This document shows, piece by piece, positions 10,154-19,772 of a stretch of 64,000 nt of DNA. The first letter of the stretch is position 1. Every line of letters starts with the position of its first letter. This stretch comes from Nitrospirales bacterium (GTDB lineage Bacteria > Nitrospirota > Nitrospiria > Nitrospirales > UBA8639): the NCBI GenBank assembly GCA_965203295.1, contig CBDBCZ010000019.1, forward strand, positions 1,920,001 through 1,984,000, read 5' to 3'. The notes under the pieces are model-generated. The model was not told where the DNA came from and searched no databases. It saw only the letters and a program-made list of their open reading frames with translations. The position numbers and the translations under genes are program-made.

Positions 10154-11140
10154 TTAGGATGTTGCGGGAGCGGACTTGTCCCCTCGGAGGACCGCCAAAA
10201 AAACGAGTCCAAGGACTATCCAGAACACTTCACGCAACCGTCGAATCAGGGCAAACGTAATGCCTGTCACGTCATCGTAGCCAAACCCCAGAAGAAGCAA
10301 AAGATATCCACCTTCCTGCGCGCCAACACTCCCTGGGATAAAAAATGTCCCGCCTTTTATCAAGACAGAAACCCCTGCGATGGAAAGAGAAGACAACAGA
10401 TCCACATCAGATCCCAAAAAATATAAAATCGCATAGACCTCTAAGGTTTCAGTCATCCATCCCAAAAAATAGGTGCCTACGGCGACAAAAAACGTAGGTC
10501 TCCGATGAACATAAAAGTTTTGGATTGTTCGGTCCAAGTCAACAAGTTGATCCTCCCGTGACTCCAAATAAGAAATTCGCAGCCCCAATTTCCGTACCAA
10601 CATCAGCATTCCCTGGGCTATTCCAAACCGCTGAGCCACGATAAACAACACTACACCGAATACTAACGTGCCTAGACTAATCACCATAATGATTCGGTCA
10701 TGTTCTGTCACACCCAATATCCAAAACATCAGTCCAAGACCCACCAGAATAAACAGAATTTGCGCCAACGTCATGGTGGTCTTAGCCGTAACCACTGAAG
10801 CCAACCCTTCGACAATAGGCACGCCGTATTTCTTTAATAAATAGGCTTTCATGGGTTCCCCACCAACGTATCCCGTGGGAGTGGTGACATTGATCACCTC
10901 ACCAGCCATACGAATGGCGAACAACCGATTAAAACCCACTTTTGCGGAAAAGGGGTACCCTAAGGTGAGAAACCACCCATAGGCTTCAAGGAGATACACC
11001 ACAACGGTAGGCAGAAGAATAATCAATAAAGCAAGGGGACCGAGACGGTGAGCTGTATCGAGAATAAGACCAGACCCGATATGCCAGACAATCCCACTCA
11101 GGGTCAAAAGGCCGACAATCAGGAAGACCAGTTTAATCAC
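10154..11140 (-). CDS. Flippase-like / lysylphosphatidylglycerol synthase TM-domain protein (HpnL-like)
   Basis: Multi-TM; GEVINVTTPTGYVGGEPMKAYLL and IPGSVGAQEGG motifs typical of LPG_synthase_TM. Confidence 0.85.
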   Translation of the reverse strand: MIKLVFLIVGLLTLSGIVWHIGSGLILDTAHRLGPLALLIILLPTVVVYLLEAYGWFLTLGYPFSAKVGFNRLFAIRMAGEVINVTTPTGYVGGEPMKAYLLKKYGVPIVEGLASVVTAKTTMTLAQILFILVGLGLMFWILGVTEHDRIIMVISLGTLVFGVVLFIVAQRFGIAQGMLMLVRKLGLRISYLESREDQLVDLDRTIQNFYVHRRPTFFVAVGTYFLGWMTETLEVYAILYFLGSDVDLLSSLSIAGVSVLIKGGTFFIPGSVGAQEGGYLLLLLGFGYDDVTGITFALIRRLREVFWIVLGLVFLAVLRGDKSAPATS

Positions 11141-12617
11141 TGGGACGGATGGAACCGAGAAGAATCCATGCCATGGTCAGGACAAAAAATGAGGATCCCA
11201 CAGCCGCAACGGCAAGAAACCAGGGAAGGATTTGAACAACCGCACAGAGCAGCACCAGCACAGAAAAGTCACGACTTGCCATATTTCCTAAGATAAACTC
11301 AAGCCGAGTCTTCTGCTTTTCAGACAGACGACCCCATTGAAGGGGATTCCCTCTCAGATGCCGCACACGATTGACGAACAGGAGAGAAAGGACATTGGCA
11401 ACCACCGTGATGGCTCCAAGAATCAAGGGAAGAGGATGGTGAGCCCAAGGACCTTGTTGGTACGCCCCCCAGGCAATACCTGCAAAGATGGCCATATGAA
11501 CAATATTATCAGCAATGATATCAAGTTCTTGTCCAAACGGAGATTCCGCAAACGTCAACCGAGCGACTTCTCCATCACAGCAGTCGATCACGACGGACAA
11601 TTGAAACAATAACGCACCGAAGATTCCGACACTATAGCTGCCTTGACCAAAGCACCAGGCTGCCACTAACCCGATACACATAGAGAGAATGGTAATCGCA
11701 TTGGGCGAAAGGCCAAACCACATGAACAGCTTGGTGAACACCCCAGAAAGTTTTCTGTTGAAATACCGGTCAACGAACCCGTCAAGCCCTCCTTTGACAG
11801 TTTGCAAAGATCGATGCAACGTGCGTTCAGCTAACTGCCGACCATTGGGCACTCGAGCATCGAGGAAATGATGAGACGAAGCGGAAATCGTGTGGACGAT
11901 TCCCTCCGCCGCAGCTTGCTCCAAAGCCAAACGGATCGGCCCAACTTGTGGAGAGGCCCATGAGCCTGAAATTCCTAATAAGCGAGCAGGGAGGACAACA
12001 AGATCCGCTGCCGGTGCAAAGCCATCCACCCCTTGAGCACTGGGTTCTGGTGAATCTTGAATGGGATCATGAAAGACGATTCGTGGGGATAGTCCGTCGG
12101 GACGAGGATCTGTGCGCATCAGGACACCGGGATTAGCCACCCGGCCATAATGCCCCTCTTGGCCAATAGCAATGGCCACTTGTCCCTCGCGGCCTTCTTC
12201 TTCTCTCAATATTTCGATCAAGGAATGAGAAAACACCATATGGCACCCTAAAATGAGGCACGGTTCCTTAACCTCGGCCCCCAATATTTCGCAGGTATGA
12301 GGATCGGAAGGCGGAAATTCACGGATAGGAAGCCATCTGATTGCCACACGTATCCGATTATCAGCCTGAACCAATGCACGAAGAGTCGGTTCTTCTCTCC
12401 CTACCAAGGCCAGGATTTGGGAAACCCCTCCCAGTTGGAGCGTAAAGATTGTTCTTTGAAACAGAGTCAGTCCACCGATTCTCGTGAGCGCACCAACCCG
12501 GGTGTCATCCAATGGCCCAGCAACATCAAAGACTCCTGAAGAAGCCAGGAGAATGGCAGTGTCTACTGTACCAACTTGCTGTTTATTGAGCGTGCCATCC
12601 ATAATGAGTAGAGGCAA
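11133..12617 (-). CDS. CDP-alcohol phosphatidyltransferase family protein with a degenerate N-terminal nucleotidyltransferase-like domain
   Basis: Complete signature DCCDGEVAR-x8-G-x3-D-x3-D. The N-terminus AILLASSG...IGGLTLFQR resembles the NTP-transferase fold but lacks GxGxR. Confidence 0.9.
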   Translation of the reverse strand: MPLLIMDGTLNKQQVGTVDTAILLASSGVFDVAGPLDDTRVGALTRIGGLTLFQRTIFTLQLGGVSQILALVGREEPTLRALVQADNRIRVAIRWLPIREFPPSDPHTCEILGAEVKEPCLILGCHMVFSHSLIEILREEEGREGQVAIAIGQEGHYGRVANPGVLMRTDPRPDGLSPRIVFHDPIQDSPEPSAQGVDGFAPAADLVVLPARLLGISGSWASPQVGPIRLALEQAAAEGIVHTISASSHHFLDARVPNGRQLAERTLHRSLQTVKGGLDGFVDRYFNRKLSGVFTKLFMWFGLSPNAITILSMCIGLVAAWCFGQGSYSVGIFGALLFQLSVVIDCCDGEVARLTFAESPFGQELDIIADNIVHMAIFAGIAWGAYQQGPWAHHPLPLILGAITVVANVLSLLFVNRVRHLRGNPLQWGRLSEKQKTRLEFILGNMASRDFSVLVLLCAVVQILPWFLAVAAVGSSFFVLTMAWILLGSIRPSD

Positions 12618-12620
12618 CCG

Positions 12621-13364
12621 TTAACCGACACTGAGTGAAGCCTTCTCAATCTGAGGGAGGACTTCGTTTTCAGCCCGGACAAGGTCTTCTGGAAAATCTA
12701 TTTCGATCCAGGGCAGCCCCCCGATCTTTTCATAACCAACGAGGACCTCTCTAAAAAAGTGCTCAAGGGCATCTTCATATTCCATGTCACGTTGACCTTG
12801 CTGAAGACATTGTTCTATGGAAAGGAGCAATCGGGGAGCATCCGTCTTATCGACTTTTAGGAATCCCACACCTTCTCCGGCAATGTCAAACTCAGAAGGC
12901 ATATGCTTCGTCAAAGCCACGACTCGATCCCCCCGTACCACGACCATACATTCCTCAGATTGTTGCACCACCGTATCATCCATTAACAGCACGTTGGTAT
13001 AGGTAGAGTGCACCAACCTTTTTAAAATATCAGGGTGAAATAAGACATCCGCATCCATGAGAATGGTGTCATCATCAAAATCATGACGCGCGGTCCATAA
13101 GGACCCAATACTCCCGCGGCGATAGTCCTCATTGACCCTAAACCGCACGTCGACTTCTTGGTTACAAGACTCGAACGCTTCACGAATCATCTCCTGTTTA
13201 TATCCAACAACAATCGTAGCCTGCGATACGCCCACAGACGCCAAGGCATCAAAATACCGAGATAGGAGTGTTCGGCCGCCAATGGGAATCAAGGCTTTGG
13301 GCTTATGCCGAGTCACCTCAGAAAGCCGTTTTCCCACACCAGCGGAAAGGATAATCGCTTTCAT
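12621..13364 (-). CDS. Phosphocholine/phosphonate cytidylyltransferase family (LicC/PntC-like)
   Basis: AIILSAGVGKRL, PKALIPIGG, MDADV and WIEIDFPEDL motifs. Confidence 0.88.
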   Translation of the reverse strand: MKAIILSAGVGKRLSEVTRHKPKALIPIGGRTLLSRYFDALASVGVSQATIVVGYKQEMIREAFESCNQEVDVRFRVNEDYRRGSIGSLWTARHDFDDDTILMDADVLFHPDILKRLVHSTYTNVLLMDDTVVQQSEECMVVVRGDRVVALTKHMPSEFDIAGEGVGFLKVDKTDAPRLLLSIEQCLQQGQRDMEYEDALEHFFREVLVGYEKIGGLPWIEIDFPEDLVRAENEVLPQIEKASLSVG

Positions 13365-14458
13365 GAAACACTCGACGGCTGTTGCTTCAGAACTTCTTCA
13401 AAGGCTTCTAAAAATCCCTCGAAGTCTTTTTCTGTAAGAGCCCCCATATTCGCCACACGAAAAATTTTTGATTCCAGATGCCCCTGCCCGGCATAAATGA
13501 CATAGCCACGCTCTTTCAACTGATCATGTAGCACTTGGTAGGAAAGACTTTCCGGCAAAAAATAGGCAGTCAGGGAATGCGACATCAAGGCCGTGTCCAG
13601 AACGGGTTTGATCCCCAAGTCGTTCATTCGGCCACGAATCATCTGGGCTGTTTGTTGATAACGACGAATTCGGTTGGATACGCCCTCTTCCAATAACTCG
13701 CTCAGAGCCTCATGAAAGGCATAGTAGACCGGCACCCCTGGTGTAAATGGGACATTCCTATGTTCCTGCTCCTCGTAATAATTGGCGAGGTTCAAATACC
13801 AGGAACGTTTCGGAAATTTCATGATCCGCTCCATGAATCCCTTCCGCACTATAACGAATGAAACACCTGGGAAGCCTTGAATGCATTTTCCAGCAGTCCC
13901 TGCGACCATATATATATGAGGACCCGTGATATCCAATTCCTCTCCACCTAGCCCACTTACCGAATCGAGCAAAAACACTCGATTCAAACTATCAACGATC
14001 TTAGCAACTTCATGAACGGGGTTAATCAGTCCAAGAGTGGTTTCATGATGAACCATTGAGACGACGTACACTTCAGGATGTTGCAACATGGCCGTCCGAA
14101 CTTTTTCCGGATCCGGCTGAACAGTCCAATCATATTTCAACTCCGGTATCGCCAGCCGTTGGGTCGCCGCCATATTCGTTAATCGCTGACCATAGACCCC
14201 GTTATTAATCACCAGCATCCGTTTGCCCTGAGGCAAAGAAGAAAATATCGAGGCCTCGACCGCAGCCGTTCCAGACCCAGTGAGAAGAATAGCCGTATAT
14301 TCGTCTTGGGCCTTGGGAACAAAAGCTTGAAGCAATTTAGTCCGTATATTGTGAATGAGTTCTGCGCATTCGTTTTCTCGATGACAAATATCAGGATGAA
14401 TAAGGGCCTTCCTCACACGATCCGAGACATTGACTGGTCCTGGGTTTAACAACATCAT
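13361..14458 (-). CDS. Class V PLP aminotransferase, 2-aminoethylphosphonate transaminase-like (PhnW/AepZ family)
   Basis: LLNPGPV, DICHRE, GSGTAAVEA, NGVYGQR, HHETT, DSVS and AGKCIQG (PLP Lys). Confidence 0.85.
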   Translation of the reverse strand: MMLLNPGPVNVSDRVRKALIHPDICHRENECAELIHNIRTKLLQAFVPKAQDEYTAILLTGSGTAAVEASIFSSLPQGKRMLVINNGVYGQRLTNMAATQRLAIPELKYDWTVQPDPEKVRTAMLQHPEVYVVSMVHHETTLGLINPVHEVAKIVDSLNRVFLLDSVSGLGGEELDITGPHIYMVAGTAGKCIQGFPGVSFVIVRKGFMERIMKFPKRSWYLNLANYYEEQEHRNVPFTPGVPVYYAFHEALSELLEEGVSNRIRRYQQTAQMIRGRMNDLGIKPVLDTALMSHSLTAYFLPESLSYQVLHDQLKERGYVIYAGQGHLESKIFRVANMGALTEKDFEGFLEAFEEVLKQQPSSVS

Positions 14459-14507
14459 AATTCAAGAACACTCCTTCTCACTTCATACTTCGTTTGCCAA
14501 GGATGGT

Positions 14508-15104
14508 TTATTGAGTTTCCGCACTATTCATGGCTGATTGAAATCGCTTTGTCATATCATCAGGTTCAATGGATACGCGATCGGCATCTTCAATCTGTTC
14601 ATTCACTTTGATCAATAAAAAACTGGGGCCGTCATTCTTGAGCATATCCTTGAACTCGTAGATGATGTCCTCTCGTTCCCATACGCGTTCGATATTCACA
14701 TACCCAACTGATTTGGCCACTTGATCCAGTCGGACTTGCCGGGAATACGTTGGCTGGTTCCCCGTGGTTCCATAGACTTCATTATCAAACACCACATGGA
14801 CAAAGTTTCGAGGCTTCAAAGCGGCAATCGTGGCCAGCGACCCCATTCCCATCAACACGTTACCATCTCCATCAAAGACCACGACCTTCTTTTCGGGCTT
14901 AGCGAGCGCAACACCCAATCCAATAGCCGCAGCCACTCCCATCGACCCGATCATGTAGAAATTCTCAGGACGGTCCTTGAATTTATGCGCTTCCCTGGAA
15001 GGAAAGCCATTGCAGACCACAAGAGCTTGGTCCGTTATCAACTCGAGCAACGCGCTCATCGCTTGCGCGCGGCTTTGCATCACCCCTTCTTCAGGTCGCA
15101 TCAC
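14508..15104 (-). CDS. ThDP-dependent phosphonopyruvate/sulfopyruvate decarboxylase beta subunit (ComE-like)
   Basis: FYMIGSMG and DGDGNVLM...FDNEVYGTTGNQPT ThDP-binding motif. Confidence 0.88.
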   Translation of the reverse strand: MMRPEEGVMQSRAQAMSALLELITDQALVVCNGFPSREAHKFKDRPENFYMIGSMGVAAAIGLGVALAKPEKKVVVFDGDGNVLMGMGSLATIAALKPRNFVHVVFDNEVYGTTGNQPTYSRQVRLDQVAKSVGYVNIERVWEREDIIYEFKDMLKNDGPSFLLIKVNEQIEDADRVSIEPDDMTKRFQSAMNSAETQ

Positions 15105-15126
15105 ACTCCCACTTTCGACAACCTAG

Positions 15127-15357
15127 CAGGCTGTTGAAAAACTCAAACCTATCAAAATTCTGGCATGTTGAGGAATATCCGTTCATCATCAAAAGCGCTG
15201 CAGGATGTTCAAAAAGGCCCGCTCGCCTGCGCGAAGCCGCTTCGGCGGAGCCAGGTCCAGCAAGGCCGCAAGCAGCAAGGGGGACGAGGCGTACAAGTGA
15301 GTACGTTGAGGACTCCGAGCAATGAGAACGCCGCTGGCGGACTTTTTCAACATCCTG
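15127..15357. mobile_element. MITE with IS5/IS1182-like terminal inverted repeats, flanked by a CTAG duplication
   Basis: Left end CAGGCTGTTGAAAAA; right end reverse complement CAGGATGTTGAAAAA (14/15 match). CTAG at 15123-15126 and 15358-15361. An internal third end copy starts at 15201. No transposase. Confidence 0.85.
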
Positions 15358-15855
15358 CTAGGGTTGAATACTTTTCACAATGCCTTTTTTGAGTAACAAG
15401 GCAACTGGAATTCGCTGGCTCATAAAGGTTTGGGCTGTCCATTTGAGGTCATCGACGAGAGTCTGCTCAGAGATGGTCCGATGCGGAATGCGAATCGTGT
15501 CGAGCAATTGGGGCATGGTTTGCCCCATGACCAGATGCTCCGGCGCGTCTTTTCCCTCAAATCCCCGCCACGAAATGATCATCAAACAAGGGATTTGGTA
15601 AATAAGATGCAAAGACATCAGAACATTCAACGCATTACCAAGACCAGAATTTTGCATTAGGACCGCAGGAATTTTTCCCCCAAGGTAGGCTCCAGCTGCC
15701 ATCGCAACCGTCTCGTCTTCTCGGACGGAAGGATAATACACTCGTTGATCCTCAAGAGTAGAAATAATACCGCCTAAAATGGTGTCCGGCACACCAGTAA
15801 AAAAATCAAACCCAATACCTTGTAGCGCCCGGACAAAATCATCGCTCTCAATCAT
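15358..15855 (-). CDS. Phosphonopyruvate/sulfopyruvate decarboxylase alpha subunit (ComD-like)
   Basis: FFTGVPD, EDETVAMAAGAYLGG, LMQNSGLGN and WRG...DAPEH motifs. Confidence 0.88.
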   Translation of the reverse strand: MIESDDFVRALQGIGFDFFTGVPDTILGGIISTLEDQRVYYPSVREDETVAMAAGAYLGGKIPAVLMQNSGLGNALNVLMSLHLIYQIPCLMIISWRGFEGKDAPEHLVMGQTMPQLLDTIRIPHRTISEQTLVDDLKWTAQTFMSQRIPVALLLKKGIVKSIQP

Positions 15856-16091
15856 GCTGTTCTCGTGTGTTTATCGAAAAAGTGTATGGATTGCCAAAGA
15901 ATGGATAGAGAAAGGGTTGGATGCGTGATAGCTAAAACGCCAATGGTCAACTCCATCGCGGCCCATAGGCGAAGCCGATTATAACCAAGGCTCTCCCCTT
16001 TCTCAAGGAAGGGAGATAACCTCAAAATTGCAGAGATCCCTCACAGCAGTGTACACTTCATCAGCTAAGAAATTAAGGAAAAAGGGGAATT

Positions 16092-16493
16092 ATGAGGCCA
16101 AAAGGTCAATCACAACGACGATATACCGACACACATGCAAAAAGCGGAATCAACGCAAAACTCCCCAAGTTGGAAACTTGGCTTAACCAATACCAGGGAT
16201 ACGAGATCACCATCGAAATTCCCGAATACACGGCCATTTGTCCCAAAACGGGACTCCCGGACTTTGGGGCGATTGAGCTTCAATATATGCCTGCCCTCTC
16301 TTGCATCGAGCTGAAATCCCTGAAACTCTACATCCATGCGTATCGTAACCTAGGAATCTTTTACGAAAATGCCGTCAACCGTATTCTTCAAGATGTCGTG
16401 AAATCCTGCAAACCCAAATGGGCTATCGTCACTGGCAAATTTACAGCCCGTGGGGGCCTCAACAGCACCATCCAGGCTAAATACCCTCAATAA
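16092..16493 (+). CDS. queF: NADPH-dependent preQ0 reductase (preQ1 synthase), short type
   Basis: PEYTAICPKTGLPDFG, ELKSLKLY and RGG motifs. Confidence 0.95.
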   Translation: MRPKGQSQRRYTDTHAKSGINAKLPKLETWLNQYQGYEITIEIPEYTAICPKTGLPDFGAIELQYMPALSCIELKSLKLYIHAYRNLGIFYENAVNRILQDVVKSCKPKWAIVTGKFTARGGLNSTIQAKYPQ

Positions 16494-16537
16494 GCTGCCA
16501 CTCCCTCCATTGATGAAAAGAAACTGGGAACCTTCAA

Positions 16538-17218
16538 TCATTCCACTGGTTTCACGATGTCCAGGAACATAGAACCATCAGGGTTGAGATGCGTAACCCT
16601 CAAATTGACGGGATCAGCGACCATATCTTGAGCCGGATAGGAGCAGAGCAGTGATTGCAGCCGCTCAGGCGCCTGCACAGTTGGATCGAGCCAGAGATCG
16701 TAGTGTTTGGGGTCTAAAATAACCGGCATCCGATTATGGATGCGTTCCATGAGTTCATTCGGTTCGGTGGTGATCAACACACAGGTCTGAATGACCTCAC
16801 TCTCGGGGCTAATCCAACTTTCCCAGAGCCCGGCAAAGGCAAAAGTTTGATCATCACGAAGCCGAAAGTAATAGGGTTGTGTAGTCCGCCCGACCCGTTT
16901 CCATTCGTAGAAGCCATCAGCAGGCACCAGACAACGACGACGACGAAAGGCCTCACGGAAGGCTGGTTTCTGGGATACGGTTTCCGCCCGCGCGTTAATC
17001 AAACCCATCCCAATTTTAGGATCTTTGGCCCAGGATGGGATCAAGCCCCAACGCAGCAGCACTACTTCCCGTTTCAGAGAATCTCGTGGGACTCGAATAC
17101 AAGCCACGAACTGTGAAGGTGCGATATTGTAGCGGGGGATGATCTCCAACGGCTGTTCAAGCTGGAACTGCTCGGCCACGACTTCTGGAGCTATTTTTAA
17201 CGTATAGCGCCCGCACAT
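16538..17218 (-). CDS. SOS response-associated peptidase (SRAP/YedK family)
   Basis: MCGRY N-terminus, INARAET, GFYEW and IHNRMPVIL. Confidence 0.95.
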   Translation of the reverse strand: MCGRYTLKIAPEVVAEQFQLEQPLEIIPRYNIAPSQFVACIRVPRDSLKREVVLLRWGLIPSWAKDPKIGMGLINARAETVSQKPAFREAFRRRRCLVPADGFYEWKRVGRTTQPYYFRLRDDQTFAFAGLWESWISPESEVIQTCVLITTEPNELMERIHNRMPVILDPKHYDLWLDPTVQAPERLQSLLCSYPAQDMVADPVNLRVTHLNPDGSMFLDIVKPVE

Positions 17219-17267
17219 GAAGTCTATCGTACCCTCTTCTTACGCTTAGACACTCTTTCTTTTTGTA

Positions 17268-17699
17268 ATGGGGCTTCGCCCCTGGGGACTATGCAGCATC
17301 TTTCAACGCCTGACCACAAACTCTTCAATTTTCACTAAAGTTGTGCTCGTCGAGTTTTGGACCTTCGGGTGTTACAACTGCCGAAACATCGAACCGTATG
17401 TCAAAGACTGGCATCAAAAATTTGCCAAGAAGGGACTTGTTGTCATTGCGATTCATTCACCGGAATTTGGCTACGAACGATCGGTGAAAAATGTGAAGCA
17501 GTACATCGAGGAGCATGACCTCCCCTACGCCGTTCCCATTGATAATGACTTTATCACCTGGAAACGGTACAACAACCGATACTGGCCGACCCTCTACCTC
17601 ATCGACAAACAGGGGATCATCCAGTATATCAAGATTGGTGAAGGGGGATACCCAGAGACAGAACGCCAAATTGGCCGACTGTTAGCTGAAGACGGGTAA
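17268..17699 (+). pseudogene. DipZ-type thioredoxin-like redoxin, apparently N-terminally truncated
   Basis: KVVLVEFWTFGCYNC, HSPEF and YWPTLYLID are present. The sequence before KVVL does not look like the family N-terminus. Confidence 0.65.
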
Positions 17700-17767
17700 A
17701 CCTCAAGCAAGCGTAAACGCGTAGTAGATTCAAGGAATCGTGCTGAGAGATTTCTGCTTTTTTGATC

Positions 17768-18541
17768 CTAGAATGAAGGTTGAGACAGATCGGCTTCTAA
17801 TGACTGCATAAGGGTTTTGCGAACTTTGGTCCTCGCGCGGTGAAGCAGTACCCGTTGATTGGTCATCGTGACATCCAACATTGCACAAACTTCTTCAGCA
17901 TCCAATCCCTCGATATCCCGAAAAATAATGACAAGCTGTTGAACCCGGGGCAACTGTCGAATCGCTTTCTCCACCTCCTGCAGGATTTCTTTTGAAAGCA
18001 GGAGACGTTCGGGTGTCTTTTCCTCCCAGCGAGAGGTTGTCAATGTCCAATCACTTGATAGATTCGCCATCAAGTAAACATCCTCTTGTGGCATAGAGAC
18101 ATGCTCTTTCTCCGATGGGTCAGGAGCTATCTCTTGAAAAGGAATATACCGTCGTTCTTGCTGGCCCCTAGTTTTGGCTCGGTTCGTGAGGATCCGGAAA
18201 ATCCAGGTCTTGATCGAGGCACGGCCTTCAAACCGTTTAATCCCTTCCAAAACACCCATCCACGTCTCTTGAACGACTTCTTCGGCTACAGCCTCTGAAG
18301 AAACATACGCTCTTGCCAAACGCATCAACGTTGGATGGTATGCTTCTATCAATCGTGAGAAGGCTTCTTCTTTCCCCTCCCTGAGAGCTTGAACGAGTCG
18401 AAAGTCTTCTAATGGTTTGGCACTGTGGCTTTGAATTTCTGCACGATCGACAATCGAAGATGAATGGCCCGAAACATGCGCGTTTTGAACTGAACCTTGG
18501 AGAGTAAAAATATCTGAAGTAGCCATTGTTCGCTGCATCAT
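17768..18541 (-). CDS. ECF-type sigma-70 factor
   Basis: AEEVVQETW, FEGRASIKTWIFRIL (region 2), and region 4 HTH ending RVLLHRAR. Confidence 0.92.
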   Translation of the reverse strand: MMQRTMATSDIFTLQGSVQNAHVSGHSSSIVDRAEIQSHSAKPLEDFRLVQALREGKEEAFSRLIEAYHPTLMRLARAYVSSEAVAEEVVQETWMGVLEGIKRFEGRASIKTWIFRILTNRAKTRGQQERRYIPFQEIAPDPSEKEHVSMPQEDVYLMANLSSDWTLTTSRWEEKTPERLLLSKEILQEVEKAIRQLPRVQQLVIIFRDIEGLDAEEVCAMLDVTMTNQRVLLHRARTKVRKTLMQSLEADLSQPSF

Positions 18542-18655
18542 GAAGTCAACCTCCTCCCTACACCATTGATCTGTTTTTCACTCTTTGCGGAAAATCTTCC
18601 CAGCACACACCAAACAGGAAAACCGTTTTCCTAGGAATAAATCTAACAGGAGGAA

Positions 18656-18694
18656 GTAAAGAAGGAATAAAGGAAGTTTAAAGATTTGGTAAAG
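18656..18694. promoter_or_regulatory. Four 11-bp-periodic TAAAG direct repeats, a candidate OmpR-family regulator site upstream of the ECF sigma gene
   Basis: GTAAAG at 18656, ATAAAG at 18667, TTAAAG at 18678, GTAAAG at 18689. Confidence 0.6.
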
Positions 18695-18727
18695 ATGGGA
18701 GGCGGCCTTTTTCAACAACCTCCACAA

Positions 18728-19772
18728 TCATACCGGCAGGGAAAACCATACCCATGTACGCCCATCTTGGCTTTTCGCCCCAACTCGGCCACCACGATAG
18801 CCAGACCGATCCCCGTCCCTCCGCTTTCTCAGGAACGAGACTTATCGGAACGATAGAACCGCTCGAATATAAAGGGAAGATCTATCGGACTGATGCCCTG
18901 TCCAGTGTTTGCGACAATCACTCTGATTCCCTCAGGAACCCGCTCGGCCGTAATCCGGACTCTTCCATCTGGTCGAGTGTACTGACTTGCGTTCTGAACG
19001 AGATTGGCCATAGCTTGGAGGAGACGATCAGGGTTAGCCTTCAAAGAGCCGACATTTTCGTTTAGGCGGGTTTCTACCGAAATTCCACGGTCCTGAAACT
19101 GAGACTTGTATAACTCGAGAACGCGGGTGATCAAGTCAGGGAGATAACATCCCGGCGATTGAGATACCCTTTGGCTGCATCAGCATGGGTGAGTTGCTGA
19201 AGATCCTCGATCAATCTCACGAGTCTGAAGGTTTCCGACTTCAACATCTGCAACACTTCCTTTGAGGGTAAAACGACTCCGTCCTCGAGACCTTCGATAT
19301 ACCCACGGATATTCGTCATCGGAGTCCGGAACTCGTGAGCGATATCCACGACCATGGTCCGACGTAGTTGCTCAATCCGACCTAAGTTATCAACCATTTG
19401 ATTGAATACCAACCCAAGCTCTCCTATCTCATCACGTGAGGTCACATTCACCCGCCCTGAATAATCCCCAGCCGCAATTTTCTTGGTGACCTCTGCCATT
19501 TCCGACAAAGGCCGTAGGACTTTTTTGGTGAGCCAATAGCTAAAGATGGCAGCGAGACCTACCGCGACAACGCTCGCTTGAATGAGATAGTAGTGCACAG
19601 AATCAATAAGCATTTGGTGCGATTCTGTCGGCTCTATGTGATATTTTTTCATGAGAACCGTGAAGTAATCAGCCGCATAATTATCGATCGCCATCCACAC
19701 TACAACCATCACCACCCCCAACACGGGTACGTTCAAGGCAAGAAGTTTCCAAAGCAAGCGACTTTTCATCAC
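18728..19772 (-). pseudogene. BaeS-like HAMP sensor histidine kinase, disrupted
   Basis: H-box AHEFRTP. Frameshift near 19140; in-frame TGA at 18829-18831 in SRS*ESGGTGIGLAIV; a short deletion before GGRVGAKSQDGRTWVWFSLPV*. Confidence 0.88.

Noticed and set aside
14508..15855. Coenzyme M biosynthesis (comDE)
   Set aside because: No comA/B/C or cysteate synthase in the window. The downstream transaminase, cytidylyltransferase and CDP-alcohol transferase point to head-group synthesis.
16092..16493. queF as part of a 7-deazaguanine DNA modification system or of the neighbouring operon
   Set aside because: No dpd, tgt-like or other que genes are nearby and it is divergently oriented. A housekeeping queuosine role suffices.
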